Below, one piece after another: positions 1 through 13,796 of a DNA stretch of 45,891 nt (position 1 is the first letter of the stretch; each line of letters starts with the position of its first letter). A program made the translations under genes and the position numbers. The DNA lies in the NCBI GenBank assembly GCA_002339085.1, contig DDDX01000073.1:563-46453 (forward strand), written 5' to 3'. Origin of the DNA: Cellvibrionales bacterium UBA1969 (lineage in GTDB: Bacteria > Pseudomonadota > Gammaproteobacteria > Pseudomonadales > UBA7434). Under the pieces are notes generated by a model. That model searched no databases, was not told the origin of the DNA, and saw nothing but the letters and a program-made list of their open reading frames with translations.

Positions 1-1031
1 CCTCTGTTGAACAGCGTGACAGTCCCGAGTATCGCGGACAGCCCTTAATCGTCGGTGGTGATCCTGACAGTCGCGGAGTCGTGGCGGCATGCAGTTATGA
101 GGCAAGAGTATTTGGTATTCACTCAGCCATGTCATCATCGCGCGCAAAACAACTTTGTCCAGCGGCTATATTTGTTAAGCCTCGATTTGATGCTTACAAA
201 GAAGCCTCTCTGGCGATTCATGAGGTTTTTCATCAATACACTGACTTAGTTGAGCCGCTGTCTTTAGATGAAGCTTATTTAGATGTTTCACAAAGCTCAT
301 TATTTTCGGGGTCGGCGACCTTGATTGCTAAAGATATTAAACAAAAAATACATTCGAGTACCGGTTTAACCGCCTCAGCGGGCATTTCTTATAATAAATT
401 CCTTGCCAAAATTGCTTCAGATATGGATAAGCCTAACGGCTTGTTTTTAATTTTACCGCAAGCTGCCAATGATTTATTAGAGTCCTTGGCTATTCGCAAA
501 TTCCACGGTATTGGTAAGGCCACTGAAAAAAAAATGAAAGCGCTGGGTATTCACAATGGCTATGATTTGAAGCAGTGGGGTAGGACTAAGCTGCAACGTC
601 ACTTTGGCCGTACTGGGGTGTATTATTTTGATATTGTTCGCGGCATTGATCATCGACGGGTAGAGAATAATCGGGTTCGAAAATCGATGGGGGCTGAAAC
701 CACTTTCTCAACCGATCTGATTGATCGACAGGAAATGCTGTGTTGCTTAGAGCCATTAGCCGCGAAAGTCGTGGCGGCATTAACAAGTAAAAAATTTGCA
801 GCTCAAACGATTACTTTAAAAGTAAAGTTTGATAATTTTCAGCAAATCACACGAAGTCATACAGAGGCACAGGCCTTTACTGAGCTTGACGTAGTACTAA
901 AGCGATTGACTGAATTGATGCAACGCACTGAGGCCGGTCAAAGAAAGGTGCGCCTGCTGGGTTTAAGTCTATCTAATTTGACCTTATTGGATGATGATGC
1001 CGCAGCTATCGAACAAATAAGTTTGCTGTAG
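1..1031 (+). CDS. dinB: DNA polymerase IV (Y family), 5' end outside window
   Basis: The frame is open from position 3 (SVEQRDSPEYRGQPLIVGG..RGVVAACSYEAR), so the GTG at 81 is internal. Motifs SLDEAYLD, NKFLAKIASDMDKPNG and VRLLG are present. Confidence 0.97.
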   Translation, partial: SVEQRDSPEYRGQPLIVGGDPDSRGVVAACSYEARVFGIHSAMSSSRAKQLCPAAIFVKPRFDAYKEASLAIHEVFHQYTDLVEPLSLDEAYLDVSQSSLFSGSATLIAKDIKQKIHSSTGLTASAGISYNKFLAKIASDMDKPNGLFLILPQAANDLLESLAIRKFHGIGKATEKKMKALGIHNGYDLKQWGRTKLQRHFGRTGVYYFDIVRGIDHRRVENNRVRKSMGAETTFSTDLIDRQEMLCCLEPLAAKVVAALTSKKFAAQTITLKVKFDNFQQITRSHTEAQAFTELDVVLKRLTELMQRTEAGQRKVRLLGLSLSNLTLLDDDAAAIEQISLL

Positions 1032-1212
1032 CGGGCGAAGCTGAAATAAAATCTATCGTTAACGCTGGGTCGTTTGTTATTACTTGAGGTTACTTACTTT
1101 CTGTTTCTGGTCAATTTTACTTAAAGTTAGTTTTGTTATTTTTTTGAGCGATTTATGTAGAGTTAATATGTTGTTATTTCTGGCTCGTTTTAGACTGGGG
1201 AGCTTTGTATCG

Positions 1213-1773
1213 GTGCGTTCGCTTAGGTCTATGATCCTAATGGTGTCATGCCTACTGCTTACATCCTGTTCCTTGTTTAAAATTGAGCCCCGTGACTGGT
1301 CTGCAAACTGGCCCTCAGAGTCCTATTTCCAAGCCGTTTACGATCTCGATGAGCCAAATCAAACTGCCCAAAGTTACGCTGAGTATATTGTTTGGGTTAA
1401 GCGGTTTTACTCGGGTTGGGTATTTTATCCCAGTGGTTGGGATGGCATGGTCGATCAATTATTAGCAACAAAAGAAGATCCAGTCTTGCAAGCTTGGTTT
1501 CGTCAGGAAATGCTTGAGCTTGGGGCTAAGATAAATTCGGAGTGGGCTAAGGACGACAATCATCGGCTTATTAACAGCCAGCATTTATTGAATTGGTCAG
1601 ACGCTGTCAGACGTTCTGTCGTACAAGGTCAAGAAGTCTGGCTGCTTGAAGAGATTAATCAAGACATTGACGCTCTGTTAAATACTTCTGTTACTGCCTC
1701 AAGTATTGAACGAAAACGCTATTTTTCTAGCGCTAGAGACGTTGACGAACGCGATGATGAATTCGATTTTTAG
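1213..1773 (+). CDS. Uncharacterised predicted lipoprotein
   Basis: Long ORF 1084..1773. Likely start is GTG 1213 after GGGAG, giving a basic n-region, a hydrophobic stretch and lipobox LLLTS|C. Confidence 0.7.
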   Translation: MRSLRSMILMVSCLLLTSCSLFKIEPRDWSANWPSESYFQAVYDLDEPNQTAQSYAEYIVWVKRFYSGWVFYPSGWDGMVDQLLATKEDPVLQAWFRQEMLELGAKINSEWAKDDNHRLINSQHLLNWSDAVRRSVVQGQEVWLLEEINQDIDALLNTSVTASSIERKRYFSSARDVDERDDEFDF

Positions 1774-1882
1774 TGAAGGTTAAATATTAACCAGCCCGAT
1801 CAAGGGCGAATAATCGACAAAATCACCTTTTGTTGGTTTGTTCCGGCATCGCCATTCTGATAAGCTATTTTCCCATCTTTGA

Positions 1883-3661
<1,779 letters not shown>

Positions 3662-3697
3662 TCTGCATTTTTTAGGGTTAGAATGCCGCTCTAATAA

Positions 3698-4561
<864 letters not shown>

Positions 4562-4567
4562 ATTTAA

Positions 4568-5878
<1,311 letters not shown>

Positions 5879-5899
5879 TATTGATATGAGGATTTATTA

Positions 5900-6244
5900 A
5901 TGGCAGCTAAGCAACTACCACCTCAGGCTTCGGATCATGGCATCGCTGATATCTTTTTGCAGGGATTCATTGCTTTATTGCTGTTAATATTGGTGTTTTT
6001 GCAATACAGGTTATGGGCGGGTGAAGGCAGTCTTGCGCAAGCTCAGACACTAAAAGCCAAGATTGCTGAGCAACAGGAAAAAAATGCTCAACTTGCCTCG
6101 TATAATGATCGTCTTATGAGTCAAGTTGCTTCTCTCAAGCAAGGGCTTGACGCTGTAGAGTCTAGCGCCAGAGAAGATTTGGGTATGATTAAATCAGACG
6201 AGACGTTTTACTTGCTGATTGAGCAACCGGCTACCAAGCCATGA
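5900..6244 (+). CDS. ftsB: Cell division protein FtsB
   Basis: TM helix, LQYRLW.G.GS, coiled coil, AREDLGMIK..ETFY. Conserved eno-ftsB-ispD order. Confidence 0.93.
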   Translation: MAAKQLPPQASDHGIADIFLQGFIALLLLILVFLQYRLWAGEGSLAQAQTLKAKIAEQQEKNAQLASYNDRLMSQVASLKQGLDAVESSAREDLGMIKSDETFYLLIEQPATKP

Positions 6245-6975
6245 GCCAGGCTGTCATTTGGGCGTTAGTACCCGGAGCAGGTACAGGCCAACGTATGGGT
6301 GCTAGCCTACCTAAGCAATACCTTTTACTAGCAGGGCAAACGATTGCGGAAAGGACTTTGTCGCAGCTAGTGACTGCTGACTTGTTTTCTAAAATTATTA
6401 TTGCGTTAGCCGATGATGACAATCATTTTTTAGACTTACCCATAGCACAATCTGCACAGATTGAGACCGTTGTGGGTGGCGCTAGTCGGGCGGCTTCTGT
6501 TCTAAATGGTTTGCATGCCTTAGCCGATTATGCTGCAGCTGATGATTGGGTAATGGTTCATGATATTGCTCGGCCATTAATTACTGTTGAGGCGATGAAT
6601 AAACTCGTCAATGCAGTGGGCCCACAAGATGTAGCAGCAATTTTAGCGACCAGAATACATGATACTGTTAAGCAATCAGACATTTATAACTCGGTGCCTG
6701 AGTCGCTTCCTTTTGTTGAAACAACGTTAGACAGGCGTCGATTATGGCTGGCTCAAACGCCGCAAATGGTTCGATACGGTTTGCTGGTTGAGGCGTTGAC
6801 GCAAGCTGAAAAGCAGCATGAAGTGACCGATGAAGCCTCTGCGGTTGAGTTTCTAGGTCGGTCAGTTTTGTTGGTAGAAAATACTCAGCAAAATATTAAG
6901 ATAACGACCGATGAGGATCTTCGCTTGGCCGAATATTATTTGTTAGATTCTGTGGGTTTAACTGAGGTGGGCTAA
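6241..6975 (+). CDS. ispD: MEP cytidylyltransferase
   Basis: [40 protein letters not shown]. Confidence 0.97.
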   Translation: MSQAVIWALVPGAGTGQRMGASLPKQYLLLAGQTIAERTLSQLVTADLFSKIIIALADDDNHFLDLPIAQSAQIETVVGGASRAASVLNGLHALADYAAADDWVMVHDIARPLITVEAMNKLVNAVGPQDVAAILATRIHDTVKQSDIYNSVPESLPFVETTLDRRRLWLAQTPQMVRYGLLVEALTQAEKQHEVTDEASAVEFLGRSVLLVENTQQNIKITTDEDLRLAEYYLLDSVGLTEVG

Positions 6976-7484
6976 TGAGTATGCGAATAGGGCAAGGCTT
7001 CGATGTGCATGCTTTTTCTGGAGTAGAATCATCACTATCAAGTAGCGATAGCTCCCATATTGTTATTGGCGGCGTGTCGATTCCTTACAAGGTCCCTTTG
7101 CTCGCGCATTCCGATGGAGATGTTTTGGTGCATGCTTTAGCAGATGCCTTGTTAGGTGCGCTTGCGCTAGGCGATATTGGCCAGCATTTCCCTGACACCC
7201 ACAGTGATTACCGTAATATTGATTCACGTCAGTTGCTACGACAGGTGATGGCTTTAGTGGCTGATCGCGGTTATTACTTAGTAAATGCCGATATGACCAT
7301 TGTCGCTCAGCGGCCAAAAATGGCAGAGTATATTCCTGCGATGCGCGATCATATTGCCAGTGATACGGCTGTTGCCTTGGCAGATGTAAGTATTAAAGCA
7401 ACAACGACTGAGAAGCTCGGTTTTACCGGCCGGGAAGAAGGTATTGCTTGTCATGCTGTAGTTTTGCTCAGACAAACTTCCTAA
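6975..7484 (+). CDS. ispF: MEcDP synthase
   Basis: [41 protein letters not shown]. Confidence 0.98.
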   Translation: MSMRIGQGFDVHAFSGVESSLSSSDSSHIVIGGVSIPYKVPLLAHSDGDVLVHALADALLGALALGDIGQHFPDTHSDYRNIDSRQLLRQVMALVADRGYYLVNADMTIVAQRPKMAEYIPAMRDHIASDTAVALADVSIKATTTEKLGFTGREEGIACHAVVLLRQTS

Positions 7485-7496
7485 TACTTAGTAGCT

Positions 7497-8624
7497 GTGA
7501 GTTTATCGATTAATAGTGGTTCTCAAAGTCCACCACTTGCCTATGCTTACGGTGGCCCAACAGTTAAGGCTGCTATTAAACAGCAAGCTGAAGATTTTTA
7601 TGTCGATGAGATTTTAGGTTTCGAGCCCAGTGGCGCGGGCGAGCATGTGTTCTTGCATATTGAAAAACGTTGCTTAACCACCTTGGCGGTTAGAGATGCG
7701 ATTGCTAAATTGGCAGGCTGTAAATTGATGGATGTGGGGTACTCAGGTCTAAAAGATAAATGGGCTGTTACTCGTCAGTGGTTCAGTGTTTACCTGCCAA
7801 TAACCATTGAGCCTAATTGGTCAGAACTGCTGATCGACGCCCAGTCTTCGCAAGCCTATCTTCGAGTCTTGGGAATTGACCGGCATGATCGAAAGTTGCG
7901 TCGCGGCACCCATAAAGAAAATGCATTTAAGCTTGCTCTGAGAGATGTTGGCAATGTATCTGATAGTCACAATTTGTCGATGGATGCAGAACATTATTTC
8001 AATCAGCGCTTAACTATTTTAAGTGAGGAGGGGTTTCCTAACTATTTTGGGCAGCAACGCTTTAGCAATCAAAATTTAGTTAAAGCAAGACAGTTATTTG
8101 ACGCTAATAAGCGAATGCCTAGAGAGCAGCGAGGCTTATGTTTGTCGGCGGCGCGATCCTATTTATTCAATCTACTGCTTAGTGAGCGGGTGCGGCAAGA
8201 TAATTGGACGCATTATCTTGCCGGGGATGTATTGACATTAGCGGGCAGTCGCAGTCAATTTAGCTTGCATGAAGATGATAATGATTGGTTTAAGAGTTCG
8301 GCTTCCGATGAGTTAATGAAGCTGGTAAACCCTATTGAACAGAGGCTTAGAGAGGCTGATATCCATATCTCAGGTACCTTGTGTGGGCTTGGCGAATCGC
8401 CGTTATCAGCGGCTGCGCTGGAACTTGAGACGGCGGTTTTGCGACCAGAGCAGGCGTTAGTTGATGGGCTCTGTCGCCAAGGTGTCGAACAGGCTAGACG
8501 ACCACTTCGAGCAATGCCGAAGCAGTTGAAGTGGCAATTTAAAAGTGAAAAATTACAGCTTAGCTTTGTGCTTCCGACCGGAAGTTATGCCACAGTTTTG
8601 TTGAGAGAATTGGTAGAATGTTAA
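7497..8624 (+). CDS. truD: tRNA pseudouridine(13) synthase
   Basis: EDFYVDE, GLKDKWAVTRQW, PNYFGQQRF, LSAARSYLFN, GSYATVLLREL. Confidence 0.97.
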   Translation: MSLSINSGSQSPPLAYAYGGPTVKAAIKQQAEDFYVDEILGFEPSGAGEHVFLHIEKRCLTTLAVRDAIAKLAGCKLMDVGYSGLKDKWAVTRQWFSVYLPITIEPNWSELLIDAQSSQAYLRVLGIDRHDRKLRRGTHKENAFKLALRDVGNVSDSHNLSMDAEHYFNQRLTILSEEGFPNYFGQQRFSNQNLVKARQLFDANKRMPREQRGLCLSAARSYLFNLLLSERVRQDNWTHYLAGDVLTLAGSRSQFSLHEDDNDWFKSSASDELMKLVNPIEQRLREADIHISGTLCGLGESPLSAAALELETAVLRPEQALVDGLCRQGVEQARRPLRAMPKQLKWQFKSEKLQLSFVLPTGSYATVLLRELVEC

Positions 8625-8646
8625 TTGAATGGGTAAATAGGCAGCA

Positions 8647-9318
8647 ATGATGATGCAGTATTCTGAGCGCGCAGGTGTAGGTATGACCTCGCAACGAACA
8701 CGTGACCGCATGGTGGGGCGCTTAGCCGACCAAGGAATTACCAACATTCAATTATTGGATGTTATGCGTAATACACCAAGACATCTATTTATTGAAGAGG
8801 CGTTAGCACACCGTGCCTATGAAGATGCGGCTTTGCCAATTGGGAAAAATCAAACGATTTCTCAGCCTTACGTTGTGGCATTGATGACTCAGCTGTTACT
8901 GGTTAATGGGCCGATTGACTCGGTGCTTGAAGTGGGTACGGGTTGCGGTTATCAAACGGCTATTTTAGCCCAGCTAGTCAAGCGCGTTTGTTCCATCGAG
9001 CGGATTCTTTCTTTGCAGGAATCTGCCGAGCAGCGATTAAGAGATCTTGAATTTCGAAATATTGAATATGCTCATGGCGATGGCTATCAAGGTTGGCGAG
9101 CACGTGCGCCCTTTGATGCGATTATCATTACGGCGGCACCAAGAGCGATTCCAGAAATATTGATCGATCAATTATCCTTAGGCGGCAAAATGGTATTGCC
9201 TGTGGGTGATGAAAAAGATCAGCATTTACAAGTGTTAACCAAAACCGAAGAGGGCTATGAGGTTGAGCCCTTAATGCCGATTCGGTTTGTCCCACTGCAG
9301 CCAGGGGTGTTGGCTTAA
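8647..9318 (+). CDS. pcm: Protein-L-isoaspartate O-methyltransferase
   Basis: GMTSQRTR, QTISQPY, VLEVGTGCGYQ, APFDAIIITAA. Confidence 0.97.
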   Translation: MMMQYSERAGVGMTSQRTRDRMVGRLADQGITNIQLLDVMRNTPRHLFIEEALAHRAYEDAALPIGKNQTISQPYVVALMTQLLLVNGPIDSVLEVGTGCGYQTAILAQLVKRVCSIERILSLQESAEQRLRDLEFRNIEYAHGDGYQGWRARAPFDAIIITAAPRAIPEILIDQLSLGGKMVLPVGDEKDQHLQVLTKTEEGYEVEPLMPIRFVPLQPGVLA

Positions 9319-9330
9319 TTTTGGGAGCAG

Positions 9331-10215
9331 CTAATGAATACTTGCCGTTTTTAATAGCATGGTTTTAAAAGCATTGGCGGCATTGGATTGCTGACGGCCT
9401 TGGAGTTCAATAATACCCAGCTGCCGTTCAAGGTAGGTGTCAGGTATGTGAATTTGCTCCAGTTCACCAATCATTGTTTTGGGTAAAATACTCCATCCTA
9501 AGCCAATCGACACCATCATTTTAATAGTCTCTAAATTGCTGGTGGTCATTGAAGTTTTCAGTGAGCGATTCTCTTGCGCAAATAGCTGATGAATGAGATT
9601 GCCAGTATGGGTGTTTTCGCCTGGAAAAATCATATCAAGTTGACTTAGTTCTTCGAGTGAAACATTATTGCGCAAATGCAGAGGGTGTTCGGGGCTACAG
9701 ACTAAGGCGAGTGGGTCGCGCCATAAAGGCGTCACACAAATATCTTTTCGAGGTTCGGGGAATAGAGTAATCACTGCTAATTCAGACGTACCTTCAAGCA
9801 CGCGAGCATAGCCATCGTCAGAATCAACAAAGCTAATATCGAGATTAACCTCGGCATGCTCGCTTGAGAATTGCTTTAAGTGAGGCCCGAGTCGATGCAA
9901 GCCGATATGATGGCTAAAGGCGATAGCAAGTTTACCGCTAGTTTTACCTGCTATATCGCTAATCGCTTGTTGGGTGTCTTTGAGCGATTGAATGATTTGT
10001 TTAGCCATCGGCAGTAAGGCCTTACCTGCTTCGGTCAGCCAGAATTTCCTTTTAACGCGATCAAAAACTGGGGTTTGTAATTGTTGTTCAAGCTGGGCAA
10101 CACGCTTGCTGACGGCTGATTGAGTAAGAAATAGTTTTTCCGCGGCAAGTGAAAATGAACCGGTTTCTGCAACCGCGATAAATGCAATTAAAGCCTGAAT
10201 ATCCAGTGATGCCAT
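9331..10215 (-). CDS. LysR-family transcriptional regulator, divergent from leuCD
   Basis: N-terminal HTH (GSFSLAAEKLFLTQSAVSKRVAQLE) plus substrate-binding domain. ATG at 10215 has GGAG upstream and is preferred over 10245. Confidence 0.93.
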   Translation of the reverse strand: MASLDIQALIAFIAVAETGSFSLAAEKLFLTQSAVSKRVAQLEQQLQTPVFDRVKRKFWLTEAGKALLPMAKQIIQSLKDTQQAISDIAGKTSGKLAIAFSHHIGLHRLGPHLKQFSSEHAEVNLDISFVDSDDGYARVLEGTSELAVITLFPEPRKDICVTPLWRDPLALVCSPEHPLHLRNNVSLEELSQLDMIFPGENTHTGNLIHQLFAQENRSLKTSMTTSNLETIKMMVSIGLGWSILPKTMIGELEQIHIPDTYLERQLGIIELQGRQQSNAANAFKTMLLKTASIH

Positions 10216-10243
10216 GATAGACTCCGGATTGATAAGTGATTTC

Positions 10244-10258
10244 ATTCCTATTAGGAAT
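10244..10258. promoter_or_regulatory. Probable LysR recognition site ATTCCTA-T-TAGGAAT
   Basis: Perfect 7-1-7 inverted repeat containing T-N11-A, in the lysR/leuC divergent gap. Confidence 0.7.
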
Positions 10259-10402
10259 AGTAAAATTAAATAATATGAATTTTATTTCTTTATTGCAAGC
10301 GGTATCATTAACTTTCTTTACAATGATGAGTCAAGGCGAAACTCCACGCAGGTATTACTTGCACTGCGATTATTAAGTTTGGCACTAAGGTGAGGCAATA
10401 TC

Positions 10403-11830
10403 ATGGCAGGAAAAACACTCTACGATAAGTTATGGGATCAACATTTGGTCACCCAGCGCGAGGATGGTACGGCGTTGATTTATATCGACCGTCATTTAAT
10501 TCATGAAGTAACATCACCCCAAGCCTTTGAGGGGTTACGAATTGCGGGTCGCAGGCCTTGGCGCACAGCGGCCAATATTGCTACCCCTGACCATAATGTA
10601 CCCACGACCACGATTGAGCGCCTAGAGGGGCTTGAGGGTATTGAAGATGAAATTTCTCGTATTCAGATACAAACCCTCGATGATAACTGCGATGAATTGG
10701 GTATCACCGAATTTAAGATTAACGATATCCGTCAAGGTATTGTGCATGTGGTTGGGCCTGAGCAGGGTGCGACATTGCCAGGAATGACGGTGGTCTGCGG
10801 TGATTCACACACGTCAACGCACGGCGCCTTAGGTGCGTTGGCTCATGGTATTGGTACCTCCGAAGTTGAACACGTGCTAGCCACACAATGCTTATTGGCT
10901 AAAAAAATGAAAAACATGTTAATACGAATCGATGGCAAATTGCGTAATGGCGTAACTGCCAAAGATTTAGTGTTGGCGATTATCGGCAAGATTGGTACGG
11001 CTGGTGGTACTGGCTATGCGATGGAATTTGGCGGCGAAGCGATTCGTGATTTATCGATAGAAGGTCGAATGACGGTCTGTAATATGGCGATTGAAGCCGG
11101 CGCGCGCGCCGGTATGATTGCCTGTGATCAGAAGACCATTGATTATTGCAAGGGTCGCCCTCTAGCTCCACAGGGGGAAGATTGGGCGCTGGCTGAGAAA
11201 AGTTGGTTAGACTGGTGCAGTGATGACGATGCAGTGTTTGATCATGTGGTCGATATGCGTGCTGAAGAGATTGCACCGCAGGTCACCTGGGGTTCATCAC
11301 CGGAAATGGTTGCTTCGATCACTGATAGGGTGCCTGTACCCGCCGAAGAGGCTGATCCAACGCGGCGGCAATCACTAGAACGTGCGCTTGAATACATGGG
11401 TTTGAATGGCGGTCAGCTGATTAAAGATATTCCTTTAGATAAGGTCTTTATTGGCTCATGTACTAATAGCCGTATTGAAGACCTTCGGGCCGCTGCAGCG
11501 GTCGTTCAGGGACAGCAGGTCTCTGATAAAATTAAGTTGGCCATGGTCGTGCCCGGATCAGGTCTGGTGCAAAAACAGGCGGAGAGTGAAGGCTTAAATG
11601 ATATCTTCACTGCGGCAGGGTTTGAGTGGCGTGAGCCAGGTTGTTCAATGTGTTTAGCGATGAATGCTGATAAGCTACAAGAGGGCGAACATTGTGCGTC
11701 GACTTCCAATCGAAATTTTGAGGGACGGCAGGGTTTTGGCGGCCGTTCGCATCTAGTCAGTCCGGCAATGGCCGCGGCGGCAGCAATAGCGGGTCGCTTT
11801 GTCGATGTCCGTGAAATGGGGGAAGGATAA
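10403..11830 (+). CDS. leuC: 3-isopropylmalate dehydratase large subunit
   Basis: [40 protein letters not shown]. Confidence 0.99.
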   Translation: MAGKTLYDKLWDQHLVTQREDGTALIYIDRHLIHEVTSPQAFEGLRIAGRRPWRTAANIATPDHNVPTTTIERLEGLEGIEDEISRIQIQTLDDNCDELGITEFKINDIRQGIVHVVGPEQGATLPGMTVVCGDSHTSTHGALGALAHGIGTSEVEHVLATQCLLAKKMKNMLIRIDGKLRNGVTAKDLVLAIIGKIGTAGGTGYAMEFGGEAIRDLSIEGRMTVCNMAIEAGARAGMIACDQKTIDYCKGRPLAPQGEDWALAEKSWLDWCSDDDAVFDHVVDMRAEEIAPQVTWGSSPEMVASITDRVPVPAEEADPTRRQSLERALEYMGLNGGQLIKDIPLDKVFIGSCTNSRIEDLRAAAAVVQGQQVSDKIKLAMVVPGSGLVQKQAESEGLNDIFTAAGFEWREPGCSMCLAMNADKLQEGEHCASTSNRNFEGRQGFGGRSHLVSPAMAAAAAIAGRFVDVREMGEG

Positions 11831-11831
11831 T

Positions 11832-12470
11832 ATGCGAGCGTTTACAGCATTAGAAGGTGTGGTAATGCCAATTAATCGTGCCAACGTTGATACCGATATG
11901 ATCATTCCGAAGCAATTTTTAAAATCGATCAAGCGTTCTGGATTTGGCCCTTACTTGTTTGATGAGTTAAGGTATCTGGATAAAGGTGAGCCGGATATGG
12001 ATTGCACTCATCGACCGTTAAATATGGATTTTTCCCTGAATCATCGGCGTTATGCCGGTGCTAATATTTTATTGTCGCGCCAGAATTTTGGCTGTGGTTC
12101 TAGTCGAGAGCATGCGCCTTGGGCTTTAGATGATTTTGGTTTTCGTTGTCTGATTGCTCCCAGTTTTGCCGATATCTTTTTCAATAATTGTTTTAAGAAT
12201 GGTATTTTGCCGATTCAGTTATCGGATGATATTGTCGACCAGTTATTTGATTTGGTCACCGCAACTGAGGGCTTTTCGCTGGCGGTTGATTTACTTTCGC
12301 AAACCATCACATTGCCGGATGGGTCCTCTCTAGTATTTGAAGTCGACAGTTTTCGCAAGCATTGCTTGCTTAATGGTCTAGATGATATTGCTTTGACGCT
12401 TGAAGAGGCCGATAAAATTCGCGCTTTTGAAGTATTGCATAAACAAAAGACCCCTTGGCTTTACCGCTAG
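11832..12470 (+). CDS. leuD: 3-isopropylmalate dehydratase small subunit
   Basis: [28 protein letters not shown]. Start ATG 11832 after GGAAGG. Confidence 0.98.
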   Translation: MRAFTALEGVVMPINRANVDTDMIIPKQFLKSIKRSGFGPYLFDELRYLDKGEPDMDCTHRPLNMDFSLNHRRYAGANILLSRQNFGCGSSREHAPWALDDFGFRCLIAPSFADIFFNNCFKNGILPIQLSDDIVDQLFDLVTATEGFSLAVDLLSQTITLPDGSSLVFEVDSFRKHCLLNGLDDIALTLEEADKIRAFEVLHKQKTPWLYR

Positions 12471-12541
12471 TTCGATCACTTACGGCTTTCGTTGCTGTTT
12501 TATCTGAATTGACCGCTTAAAATAATTTGGAGTTAGTTTTT

Positions 12542-13564
12542 ATGTCCCGAACTTTCGATGTTGCAATTATGGGCGCAACTGGCGCTGTTGGGCAAGCAAT
12601 GATAGAGATATTGCAGGAGCGAAACTTTCCTGTAGGGAAGCTTTACCTGCTTGCGAGTGAGCGCTCAGCCGGTAAGCGTATCCAGTTTAAAGGTAAGTCA
12701 ATTGTGGTCGAAAACCTAGTCGATTTTGATTTTAGTCAGGTGCAAATTGGTTTATTTTCTGCTGGTGGCAGTTTGTCTGGTGAGTACGCGCCAATTGCTG
12801 CTAATGCAGGCTGTGTGGTCATTGATAACACCTCTTATTTTCGTTACCAAGAAGATATTCCCTTAGTTGTGCCAGAAGTGAATCCAGCAGCATTAGCTGA
12901 TTATCGGAATCACAATATTGTTGCTAACCCCAATTGCTCAACCATTCAAATGCTGGTTGCGCTTAAGCCGATTTATGATGCTGTTGGCATAAGTCGAATT
13001 AACGTGGCGACCTACCAAGCAGTGTCAGGGACCGGCCAAGATGCTATTGAAGAATTGGCAGGCCAGACTGCCCGATTATTGAATGGTCAACCAGTAGAAG
13101 AAAAGGTTTATCCCAAGCAAATCGCTTTTAATGTGTTGCCGCATATTGATATGTTTCAAGATAATGGTTATACCAAGGAAGAGATGAAAATGGTCTGGGA
13201 AACACAAAAGATTTTTGCTGATCACAGTATTCAGGTTAACCCTACTTGTGTTCGCGTACCGGTCTTTTTCGGTCACTCAGAAGCTTTGCATATTGAGACA
13301 GACCAAAAGCTAAGCGCCGATGATGCCCGAGCATTGCTGATGAATGCGCCGGGCGTGACAGTCATGGACGAACAGCTTGATGGTGGATATCCAACGCCAG
13401 TCAGTGACGCGGCGGGCAAAGACGCCACTTTTGTGGGTCGTATTCGCGAAGACATCTCTCATCCCCAAGGACTTAATTTATGGGTTGTTTCTGACAACGT
13501 GAGAAAGGGCGCCGCGTTAAACAGTATTCAAATAGCAGAATGTCTGATCGATCAATACCTTTAA
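12542..13564 (+). CDS. asd: Aspartate-semialdehyde dehydrogenase
   Basis: GATGAVG, ANPNCST, YQAVSG, RVPVFFGHSE, DNVRKGAALN. Confidence 0.97.
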   Translation: MSRTFDVAIMGATGAVGQAMIEILQERNFPVGKLYLLASERSAGKRIQFKGKSIVVENLVDFDFSQVQIGLFSAGGSLSGEYAPIAANAGCVVIDNTSYFRYQEDIPLVVPEVNPAALADYRNHNIVANPNCSTIQMLVALKPIYDAVGISRINVATYQAVSGTGQDAIEELAGQTARLLNGQPVEEKVYPKQIAFNVLPHIDMFQDNGYTKEEMKMVWETQKIFADHSIQVNPTCVRVPVFFGHSEALHIETDQKLSADDARALLMNAPGVTVMDEQLDGGYPTPVSDAAGKDATFVGRIREDISHPQGLNLWVVSDNVRKGAALNSIQIAECLIDQYL

Positions 13565-13657
13565 AAGGGATTTTCGTTTCCTCGCTGGCCCACATTGCTG
13601 AGAATATTGAACTCAAGCACATTATCACCATGTTGTGAGATTCTTTTTTACCCTGAC

Positions 13658-13685
13658 TTGTCGTTTCGTGTTTTTGGGCTATGCT
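13658..13685 (+). promoter_or_regulatory. Candidate sigma70 promoter TTGTCG-N16-TATGCT
   Basis: Partial consensus match. Predicted start site (~13691) coincides with the 5' end of the long hairpin. Confidence 0.4.
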
Positions 13686-13688
13686 CTG

Positions 13689-13796
13689 AGTATACCTGCT
13701 GATATTGGCGTGAAATGAGGGTAATAACTCATACCAGGTCTCTTTAACGAGAGGGGAGTTCTTGACCTCATTTTCGCTAATATAAGTTGGTATATT
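13689..13796 (+). repeat. Long imperfect inverted repeat (structured ncRNA or ERIC-like MITE)
   Basis: By hand, 37 of 42 nt in 13689-13730 pair with 13756-13796, including 5 G-U pairs. Termini are TATACC...GGTATA. Confidence 0.75.

Noticed and set aside
526-534. A9 run in dinB as a slippage site
   Set aside because: It encodes EKKM in the normally Lys-rich motif after GIG. A shift would truncate the enzyme with no known useful product.
10323-10376. Short ORF MMSQGETPRRYYLHCDY upstream of leuC as an attenuator peptide
   Set aside because: Only one Leu codon, no SD and no terminator hairpin with a U tract.
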